Shown here: in pieces, positions 56,840 through 64,000 of the stretch | Position numbering within the stretch: the stretch's first letter is position 1 | How the letters are laid out: each line of letters opens with the position of its first letter | IMG/VR virus record: IMGVR_UViG_3300021426_000063 | Span: 1 to 64,000 of that record | Reading direction: 5' to 3' (one strand) | Length of the DNA: 64,000 nucleotides | From: a virus | Lineage: Duplodnaviria; Caudoviricetes | Program-made: the position numbers and the translations under genes | The notes under the pieces: model-generated | Databases searched by the model: none | What the model was told of the DNA's origin: nothing | Seen by the model: only the letters and a program-made list of their open reading frames with translations

Positions 56840-58369
56840 ATGAAAACATTTAATAATTTCGAGCTCACAAACAAGCAGAAAGAATACTTGAAAAAAATAA
56901 ATGCAAAGAAGTTCATCAAGAAATACATTGAAGAAAATGGTGTTGAACCAAGTGCTGAACTTATAGAACAAAATCATACTTACACACAGGAACAGTATGA
57001 TAAATGTAAGAAATATTTGTATGCTTGTGCTGTTGTAGATTATGTTTCAGTTGTTCCTGAAAAACCAGTAGAAACTGAAAATACAATAAGCCAGGATCAG
57101 ACTGCATCTGCAATTTCTGATGCAATTGATGGTGGAGCCAACTCATACACAGTCAATGAAGGTGAAACTATCAATAATATTACTGTTCCTGCATCTGCAC
57201 AAAAAACAATAACTCTTAATGGTCCAGTCCAGGATGGTGCAACCATTATCAATGAAAGTTCAAAGGGTTTAACTATCAACAACACCAATGAGGATCCTAT
57301 TAACATCAGTGTATCCAATGCAAGTGCTTCAACAACAGTCACACTCAAAGGTGGTGAATACAATGACATCTATGCAGAAACCAATAAACTCACTGCCGGC
57401 ACAGTCAATGGTACAATATCACTTGTACCTGTTAATGATAACAGTTCAATGAATGTTGGTGCTGGATGGGAAGATGGTTCAAGTCTTGTGTCTGATGCTG
57501 CTGGTTCAATCACTATTTCCAACAGTAATTCAGCAAATGAACCTTCTGTAAATATCAATACACCTAATGCAACTGTTGTAATGTCAGGTGGTCAGTATAA
57601 TGAATTGACAGTTACCTGTTCAGAGAACACCTTGAAGATTTCTGGTGCATTCCATGCAAAGAAACTCATCATAAAGAATGGTACAGTTGAATTTGCTGCT
57701 GCTGACATTCATGACCTTGTTGATGAATTGGTCACTGAAGGAGAAGTTACACCTGTTACCTATGAAATCTCCAACTCTTCAATCTCTGGTCTCTCAAAGA
57801 ATGGTGTTTCAAATTTGGTAGAAGATGTTGTAAGTACAAGTAGAGTTGCATTTGGTATCTTTGCAAATGGTAGTTACAGATACAATATGAATGGTCACTC
57901 ACTTTCTTTGAAGGGTGGTAATTCAGCAGCAATGTTTTTCAGGGGTACTGACCCTACCATTAACATCTATGGTCCTGGTAAGATTGTTGAATCAAGTGGA
58001 ACATATGGTATTTGGGCAGCTTCTGAAGGTACAACAATTAATATCTATGACTGTGATGTTGAGGCATACACACATGTCTTGTATGCTGAAAAGGGTGTAA
58101 TCAATGTATATGGTGGTTCATTCAAGATGCTTGATGAAAATCCTATCCTTGATGAAAAGGGACACTGCAAATTCTTACTCAACTGTCAGGATGCAAACTA
58201 CAATTCAGGAATAGCGAAAATCAATGTATATGGTGGTAAGTTCTATAACTTCAACCCTGCTGAAACATACGGTGAACCAGGTGGTCCTGTAAGTTATGTA
58301 CCAGAAGGATACCATGTAGTTGAATCAGTTGAAGATGGTGTTTCTGTATTTGAAGTAGTTGCTGACTAA
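56840..58369 (+). CDS. Probable virion surface protein with beta-helix-like repeats
   Basis: INVYGGxF repeats; CATAAATA at 56806-56813. Confidence 0.65.
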   Translation: MKTFNNFELTNKQKEYLKKINAKKFIKKYIEENGVEPSAELIEQNHTYTQEQYDKCKKYLYACAVVDYVSVVPEKPVETENTISQDQTASAISDAIDGGANSYTVNEGETINNITVPASAQKTITLNGPVQDGATIINESSKGLTINNTNEDPINISVSNASASTTVTLKGGEYNDIYAETNKLTAGTVNGTISLVPVNDNSSMNVGAGWEDGSSLVSDAAGSITISNSNSANEPSVNINTPNATVVMSGGQYNELTVTCSENTLKISGAFHAKKLIIKNGTVEFAAADIHDLVDELVTEGEVTPVTYEISNSSISGLSKNGVSNLVEDVVSTSRVAFGIFANGSYRYNMNGHSLSLKGGNSAAMFFRGTDPTINIYGPGKIVESSGTYGIWAASEGTTINIYDCDVEAYTHVLYAEKGVINVYGGSFKMLDENPILDEKGHCKFLLNCQDANYNSGIAKINVYGGKFYNFNPAETYGEPGGPVSYVPEGYHVVESVEDGVSVFEVVAD

Positions 58370-58386
58370 TTAAAGTAAAATAAAAC

Positions 58387-58419
58387 AAAAAGGAGAGTGA
58401 TTATTCACTCTCCTTTTTT
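58387..58419. terminator. Bidirectional terminator
   Basis: AAAAAGGAGAGTGA-tta-TTCACTCTCCTTTTT. Confidence 0.8.
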
Positions 58420-58625
58420 AATATATCTATACATAATGGATAACTCTCATCTACTGGTTGTCTTAAAAACCTGTCCAGTTGTTCCTTGGTGTCAAACCTC
58501 CTGGATCTCCTGTTACAGAAATACATCCTGAAAGGGAGATTATTATAGAACAATGAATCATCATCTACAATGCTCCACCATTCATTTAATCTTAATCTAT
58601 ATGTTTTAACGACTTTTTCTTTCAT
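58401..58625 (-). CDS. Hypothetical protein
   Basis: Packed ORF. Confidence 0.55.
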   Translation of the reverse strand: MKEKVVKTYRLRLNEWWSIVDDDSLFYNNLPFRMYFCNRRSRRFDTKEQLDRFLRQPVDESYPLCIDILKKESE

Positions 58626-59364
58626 AAATCAACTTTGCATAATGCCTGGTATCGACAGGGAAGGTCTCATTCTCCATCATCCATTTGAAGTAAGATGCAT
58701 CTACCTTGTCAATACTGTATCCCTTCCACTTACCAAAATCAACATATACATCCTTGGCACCATTCTCCAGAAGTCTCACCTTGAAGTTTCCAGGTAAATC
58801 CAGTCTATCTGCAAAGTAATTGAGATCTACATCCTCAAACTCCTCCTGGCGACTTCTCATCACCTTATATACCTCTAATGTGGCATCAATATCTGCTGCT
58901 GCATGATGAGCATCATTGAGGTCTTTCCCAGTGTATTTCTTATACACATCTGCCAACTTACCAGAATTGAACTTCCTGTAAAGAGTATAGATGTCATAAT
59001 TCTTCAAGTTCTTGTAATCCCAAGTCAATCCTGCTCTAATGAATGAGTAATACAGGATAGGAATATCAAAGACAGAGCAGTAATAACCACCAACATCACA
59101 ACCCTGGAAGAAATCAAAGGTTGCTTTTGCACATTCCTGGAAGGTAGGACATCCAGCAAGATCTGCTTCTACCATTCCATGCCTTTCTGTTGCATCATGG
59201 TCAATAGGAACACCATCATTACTACACTTGTAATACAACTCATCAATCTTCTCCAAGGTTTCAGGATCCACCTTGATAGCAGAGATTTCAATGATTCTCA
59301 CATTATCTGGATTGGAATGTTTTCCGGTTGTTTCCAGATCAAAAAATACAATTGGTTTACTCAT
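58606..59364 (-). CDS. DEDDh 3'-5' exonuclease (DnaQ/ExoX-like)
   Basis: FFDLETTG, HG, FDIPIL, AHHAAADI, C-terminal FGKWKG...YFKWM. Confidence 0.9.
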   Translation of the reverse strand: MSKPIVFFDLETTGKHSNPDNVRIIEISAIKVDPETLEKIDELYYKCSNDGVPIDHDATERHGMVEADLAGCPTFQECAKATFDFFQGCDVGGYYCSVFDIPILYYSFIRAGLTWDYKNLKNYDIYTLYRKFNSGKLADVYKKYTGKDLNDAHHAAADIDATLEVYKVMRSRQEEFEDVDLNYFADRLDLPGNFKVRLLENGAKDVYVDFGKWKGYSIDKVDASYFKWMMENETFPVDTRHYAKLIYERKSR

Positions 59365-59370
59365 ATATAA

Positions 59371-59943
59371 CTAATCTAAATATTCAATGTTTATATGTAC
59401 TATTCCCCTCTTATACTCAATCTCATCCCTTACCATTTTCTTCTTCATCTTTTCAAAATCATCCATATCAACATATGGTGAACCACAATTAGAAGTATTT
59501 GGGAATAAATCATACTTCTCTTCAAAGGCCTTGACTAAATCATGTGATGCATGCTCATAGTAGAAACCTATGAGTTTCAGGTCATTCTTCAACTCTTTAA
59601 CCACTTCTGGATTCATATCTTTCAGATACACATAATCTTTATATGAAATATCATATATACCCTCAAATTGTCTGTTTGACAGATTATATTTATATAATGA
59701 AGAATCCTTTGAAGGATTAAAGGTAAACAAATGTTTCTTATTAAGTCTATTCACACACTCATGTGTCCTGACATACTCTTCCTTTCCACCAAATTTTTCA
59801 TACACATCCTTATCTGGAATGTCTAACATAAATTTCTGGGCAGATTTCTTGTTTGAAAATCCAAACTCTGTTTTACCCATATACTTTCCATTGTAAAAAG
59901 GAAATATCCTCTCTTCATTGTTCTTTATCTGATCATAATTCAT
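59371..59943 (-). CDS. Hypothetical protein
   Basis: First gene after the promoter at 59969-59980. Confidence 0.7.
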   Translation of the reverse strand: MNYDQIKNNEERIFPFYNGKYMGKTEFGFSNKKSAQKFMLDIPDKDVYEKFGGKEEYVRTHECVNRLNKKHLFTFNPSKDSSLYKYNLSNRQFEGIYDISYKDYVYLKDMNPEVVKELKNDLKLIGFYYEHASHDLVKAFEEKYDLFPNTSNCGSPYVDMDDFEKMKKKMVRDEIEYKRGIVHINIEYLD

Positions 59944-59978
59944 ATCTATACAACATTAGTTATCACTATAAAGATAAC

Positions 59979-60010
59979 AAAAAAAGAGAGAATCCCGAAA
60001 GATTCTCTCT
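59979..60010 (-). terminator. Terminator of the major capsid transcript (UUCG loop), fused to the next early promoter
   Basis: Minus strand AGAGAGAATCT-TTCG-GGATTCTCTCT-TTTTT-GTTATCTTTA. Confidence 0.8.
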
Positions 60011-60034
60011 AATTTTTTGACTATTACTCAACTA

Positions 60035-61777
60035 TTAATAAAGACTTACGCCTTCACCAAGTTTGATGTCGAATGAGTAGTAGTACAACTGTGGGTGATG
60101 ACCAGCACGAACGATTGCATAACGAGACTTCAATGAAGTAACAGGAGCACCTTCCATACCTTCAGCAGGATATGAGAGTTTGTCAGCCATCAAGTAAGGC
60201 ATGAATACAAGACCAGGCTCGTTATCCTTACCCTTTCTACCAACAACAACCTTTGTTGAAGCCCAAGGCATATTAGGATCAACATAGATAGAAACACCTG
60301 AAATTGCACCTACTGGGTAGAGTGAACCAGCGTTCTGGTTGATAGTATTTGAAAGAGGATATGCTACGAAACCAGCGCAATCCTGGAGAGCAGTAGCAAT
60401 AGCAGCTGAGCAAACTGCGAAGGTACCAGCACCTCTACGACCTCTCTGAGCGATGAGGTTAGAAGCAGCAAGAATCTTACTCATGATTCTCCTCTGGATA
60501 GTACCGAGGGTCTCAGCACCACCACCTACATATGACTTGGTGTAACCTTCAACATCAGCAGCAGTAGGATCAACTACAAAGTAAGTATTGAGGTTGATAC
60601 CTTCGAATGCCTCTGCTTCAATGTGGTTCTGGTCACCGAGAGCAAAGATTTCATCAAGAAGTTCACGGTTGATGTGCTGTGTCAACTCATTTACAAGCTC
60701 TGCTTCTACCTGAGCAACTGCATCAATACCATAAGCCTTCAAGTCCTGGATCTGCTCACGAGTGATAGCACCCTTAACCTGGATGGTCTTAGCCTTAACA
60801 CTCAAAGTGAAGGTATTAAGAGACATCATATTTGAAGGAGTTGATTCACCAGTCTCTCTGTCATATGCCTTTGCAGACATAGGATCACCATTCTTGAAAC
60901 CATTACCTGAGAAACCAGGGATGAAGTCTTCGAGAGCCTTTACAGTGTCAATGTCAACTACATAGAACTTTGAACCATCCTTACCAGTGATAATAGGTTC
61001 GTCAACAAGGAGAGTTTCTGCAAGTGAAGCAGCAGCACCCTCACCACCATTAACCTTACCAAGACCAGCATAGTAAGCCTTTTCCTTTACCTGGAAGATA
61101 GGACGACCGTCGATACGACCAAGAGCAACAAAGATGAGCTCATAATCACCAACAGAGATAGGATCCATATGAGGAACAAAAGCCTTCTGGAGGTCTTTGA
61201 ATTTAAGAGCATGGTTGATTGCATCTTCGTTTACCAATGCAGCATCTGACTTAAGAGCATTCTCGATATCGCTATCAGAGTTTGCATCACCTGCTGAAAG
61301 GGTCAACTTAACCATAAGAGGAGCAGTCTTTGATTCATCTGCACCCTCGAAACGAGGACGGAAGTTAGTCTTACCACCTTCATATACATAATCCATGTAC
61401 TGGAGGATACCAAGAGGTCCCTGCATAGGTACTACTGGAACAAGATCAAGAGCGATTGTCTGAGCAGCTACCTGAACAGCAAGTGGAAGAAGTGAGAATG
61501 GGTTATCACCTGAACCACGAACACCATCATAACCATTGTTAGGATTTGCGCCTGGGAAGTAAGCAGCACCCATACCACCAACATTCATATTAGGATTGAG
61601 ATGTGCATAACCAAGAGCACTCTCATTAAGACTCTGCTTCTCATTCATATCATGATAAGCACAGTACTTTGACATCCAAGTCAATTTTGCACGATCAGTA
61701 ACGCCAGTTGACTCAGTGATAAAACCTGACCAAGTTTTCAAAACCTCAGCCTCGTTCAAAATAACATTCTGTAACAT
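60035..61777 (-). CDS. gp23: Major capsid protein (T4 gp23-like)
   Basis: DLVPVVPMQGPLG, EQIQDLKAYGID, NELTQHINRELL, IAQRGRRGAGTFAVCS, VYVDP-like, PGLVFMPY, LKSRYA; highly expressed codon bias. Confidence 0.95.
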   Translation of the reverse strand: MLQNVILNEAEVLKTWSGFITESTGVTDRAKLTWMSKYCAYHDMNEKQSLNESALGYAHLNPNMNVGGMGAAYFPGANPNNGYDGVRGSGDNPFSLLPLAVQVAAQTIALDLVPVVPMQGPLGILQYMDYVYEGGKTNFRPRFEGADESKTAPLMVKLTLSAGDANSDSDIENALKSDAALVNEDAINHALKFKDLQKAFVPHMDPISVGDYELIFVALGRIDGRPIFQVKEKAYYAGLGKVNGGEGAAASLAETLLVDEPIITGKDGSKFYVVDIDTVKALEDFIPGFSGNGFKNGDPMSAKAYDRETGESTPSNMMSLNTFTLSVKAKTIQVKGAITREQIQDLKAYGIDAVAQVEAELVNELTQHINRELLDEIFALGDQNHIEAEAFEGINLNTYFVVDPTAADVEGYTKSYVGGGAETLGTIQRRIMSKILAASNLIAQRGRRGAGTFAVCSAAIATALQDCAGFVAYPLSNTINQNAGSLYPVGAISGVSIYVDPNMPWASTKVVVGRKGKDNEPGLVFMPYLMADKLSYPAEGMEGAPVTSLKSRYAIVRAGHHPQLYYYSFDIKLGEGVSLY

Positions 61778-61870
61778 AGTTTTAATTTTGATTTTTTGTA
61801 TATTTTATTATTGAATCAACCTAAAAATAGATCTTTGCTTCTATTATCTTTTTTAGATTTTTCCATGTTG

Positions 61871-61923
61871 TTTACTATATTTATGTAAATACTTTTTCAA
61901 GTATTTTACTATATTTATGTAAA
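61871..61923 (-). promoter_or_regulatory. Tandem duplicated late promoters of the capsid gene
   Basis: 19-bp direct repeat TTTACTATATTTATGTAAA at 61871 and 61905, each containing CATAAATA on the minus strand. Confidence 0.7.
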
Positions 61924-61984
61924 ATATTTTTTAAGATTTTTTATTTGCTCTATGAAGAGGTTTCACCCTCATCATAGAATATTT

Positions 61985-62464
61985 TTAAATGTAATCCGGG
62001 TCTGGATTCTCAATAGGACTCATTGCATCTTTTGGGAAATCCATCTCACCATATTTTCTCGGAGGACGTCTGTAAGGGCAACCATTGACTTCACATCTGT
62101 ACCAATTAAGTTCGGCAATAACCATATCTTTTTTGTTACATTCTGCTCTACAATCACTGAATCTATCCCAGGCAGCATCTTTTGACTTATAAACCTCATC
62201 TAATCGATCTGACATCTTCTCAACGTCTGATTCAAGTTTTGTTTTCTCCTCCAAGCAATTATGATAGAGTTTTATCCATTCCTCATTGGATGCAGAAAGG
62301 TTTGAAATCTCTGCTGATTTAACCTCAACCTCAGCTGCTTTCACCTCTGCCTCTTTCATTCTCTTTTGAAGTCTGAAATAGAAGATACTTCCAATACCTC
62401 CGGTTGTGAGAAAAGTAATCAAATTAGGGATCACATATGTAAGAAGTACTTCTGACCAGTCCAT
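61985..62464 (-). CDS. Holin-like membrane protein
   Basis: N-terminal TM, coiled coil and C-terminal RCEVNGCPYRRPP, a layout typical of Bacteroidota phage lysis-cassette proteins. Confidence 0.5.
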   Translation of the reverse strand: MDWSEVLLTYVIPNLITFLTTGGIGSIFYFRLQKRMKEAEVKAAEVEVKSAEISNLSASNEEWIKLYHNCLEEKTKLESDVEKMSDRLDEVYKSKDAAWDRFSDCRAECNKKDMVIAELNWYRCEVNGCPYRRPPRKYGEMDFPKDAMSPIENPDPDYI

Positions 62465-62521
62465 TTTATATATGTTTGCTTTTGTTATGTATTTTTGTTT
62501 TGGAAGAATGAGGAAATACTA

Positions 62522-64000
62522 TTAATATTTCCTCATTCTTCTTTGAATCTGTTCCTTCATTGCCTGAAGTCTTTCATCTGAAACTACATTCTCATTAACA
62601 GCGGTTGGCTGTGCAACAGCAGCTTCATCAACCTTCTTGAGTTCAATCTGCTTGTCTCTGAAATCTCTGGTGTTCCAGAAATATTCTGCACTGGCCTGGT
62701 TGTTAATTACAAACATCTTTGCTTCTGCCAGAATTTCTTGTTTTCTCTCATCTGAAAGTTTTGACCATCTTTCATTGAGTCTTTCAGGAAGATAGTTGAT
62801 AAGTGTGAAGTTCTTTGTATCAACTCCCTTCTTTGACTCTTCAAGTGCCTTTGCCTCTGCTGCCTTTGCTTCTGCATAAGCTGCTTTTGCTGTGGCAAGG
62901 ATTGCATCAAGTCTCTCTGAAAGTTCAGTTCTGTATGCCTTTGCATCAAACTTCTCTTCCTTAACAGTAGTTGCAGGTTCTGTTGTACCTTCACCCTCTG
63001 TGTTGGTGTTCTCATTGACTGACTCATTCTCAACTGTTGCAGCAGGTTCTGTTGTTGCTGCTGGTTCAGCAGGAGTATCTTCCTTATTTTCTACAATAAT
63101 GTTTCCACCCATCTTGTTAACTTCCTCAACAATGTAATCCTGATGCTCAATCATCTGGTTCATCTTTTCTGCAAGGTAGTCATTGTGAGCAATACTCTTG
63201 TTCTGTTCCTCTGCGAGCATATTTGAATAATCAATAGACTTATCCAACATTTCTGCTACATAGTTCTGATAAGAGATGGTGTCATTGATGTTCTCTGCAA
63301 GATAATCCTGGTGAGCAATCATCTGGTTCATCTTCTCTGCAAGATAATCATTGTAACCAACCATCTTGTTCATATTCTCTGCAAGATAATTGTTGTGCTC
63401 AATGATCTTGTTTGCCTCATCAGCAATGTAATCCTGGTGAGTGATTGACTTATCAAGTGTCTCTGCAAGATACTTGGTATAAGCTTTGAGATTATTGTAG
63501 GTCTCTTCAACAACAGCAAGTTTTGCTTCAAGTTCAACAACCTTCTGCTCATTAGCTGCACCTTCACCCTTTGCCTTTGCTACTTCCTTTGCTACAAGAT
63601 CAGCGATCAAAGAGTTATCAATAGTTGCTGGGTCAAAAGTCTGGGTAGGAGTTTCTCCACCTTTCTCTTTATAACTAATCAACTCATCCTTGATATTGGA
63701 AATGGCAGACTGAAGTTCACCAACAATCTCTGAGAGATGTTCACTGTACTTCTGAAAATCAGCGTACTGAATGAATTTGTTGTCTTCCATATTTGTATTT
63801 TTTAATGTATCTTCATTTCTCTGTGCCTGTGGTTCTGCATAGTCAACAGTCTTCTCAACCTTTGGATCCAACTCTGTATTGGCATCTTCTGAAATATCAT
63901 AGATGTCAATGTTTTCATCATCACCAAATCCATAAGATTCATTGACCCTCTTCAACTGTGCATTGGCAAAACCAGGATCTGCAACAAGGTCATAAGTGAA
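62522..64000 (-). CDS. gp21: Prohead protease (gp21-like) fused to scaffold/core protein (gp22-like); 5' end lies beyond the window
   Basis: The frame stays open to the edge and reads FTYDLVADPGFANAQLKRVNES (gp21 C-terminal catalytic Asp motif), then an acidic coiled coil with 14-aa YLAE repeats. Confidence 0.82.
   Translation of the reverse strand, partial: FTYDLVADPGFANAQLKRVNESYGFGDDENIDIYDISEDANTELDPKVEKTVDYAEPQAQRNEDTLKNTNMEDNKFIQYADFQKYSEHLSEIVGELQSAISNIKDELISYKEKGGETPTQTFDPATIDNSLIADLVAKEVAKAKGEGAANEQKVVELEAKLAVVEETYNNLKAYTKYLAETLDKSITHQDYIADEANKIIEHNNYLAENMNKMVGYNDYLAEKMNQMIAHQDYLAENINDTISYQNYVAEMLDKSIDYSNMLAEEQNKSIAHNDYLAEKMNQMIEHQDYIVEEVNKMGGNIIVENKEDTPAEPAATTEPAATVENESVNENTNTEGEGTTEPATTVKEEKFDAKAYRTELSERLDAILATAKAAYAEAKAAEAKALEESKKGVDTKNFTLINYLPERLNERWSKLSDERKQEILAEAKMFVINNQASAEYFWNTRDFRDKQIELKKVDEAAVAQPTAVNENVVSDERLQAMKEQIQRRMRKY
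63130..63485 (-). repeat. 42-bp (14-aa) degenerate tandem repeat in the scaffold (HxDYLAExMNxxI)
   Basis: About 8 consecutive units in the translation. Confidence 0.8.

Noticed and set aside
1-64000. Stop-codon reassignment (TAG to Gln, as in Lak megaphages)
   Set aside because: Long genes are intact in the standard code, and TAG-ending genes are followed immediately by new starts. The MTase catalytic halves end in TGA and TAA, so recoding does not explain the splits.
1-64000. CRISPR array, tRNA or rRNA genes
   Set aside because: All repeats found are coding tandem repeats or terminator hairpins. Gaps in the ORF track are filled by small ORFs, and I recognised no cloverleaf or repeat-spacer pattern by eye.

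Overview
A 64-kb segment of a large, AT-rich, T4-superfamily (gp23/gp21/gp44-type) jumbo phage genome, read in the standard genetic code. A Bacteroidota host is inferred from TAnnTTT(G/A) promoter elements and the MTase, tail and holin families. The window holds head genes (major capsid, prohead protease-scaffold fusion), large tail and structural genes, replication and nucleotide-metabolism genes (clamp loader, dUTPase, ThyA, DHFR, 5'-nucleotidase, DEDDh exonuclease) and many small early genes. Two promoter classes are visible: TTGTTATnTTT(A/G) (early type) and CATAAATA (T4-late-like). The main result is a DNA-methylation arsenal. It includes a modular split 5mC-methyltransferase system, with two free catalytic halves (motifs I-VIII) and four separately encoded C-terminal halves (motifs IX-X, three with different TRDs, one with none). 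It also includes an intein-interrupted Sau3AI-like MTase, two N6-type MTases, a SAH nucleosidase, and a 1927-aa nuclease-helicase-MTase with a T4-like capsid-targeting leader. CpG is strongly depleted, but CCGG is spared. Also present are apparent catalytically dead or fragmentary copies of head proteins (a gp21-like domain fused to dUTPase and a small gp23-motif protein) and an ACP-like insertion in a virion protein. All family assignments come from motif recognition by eye; no database search was run.
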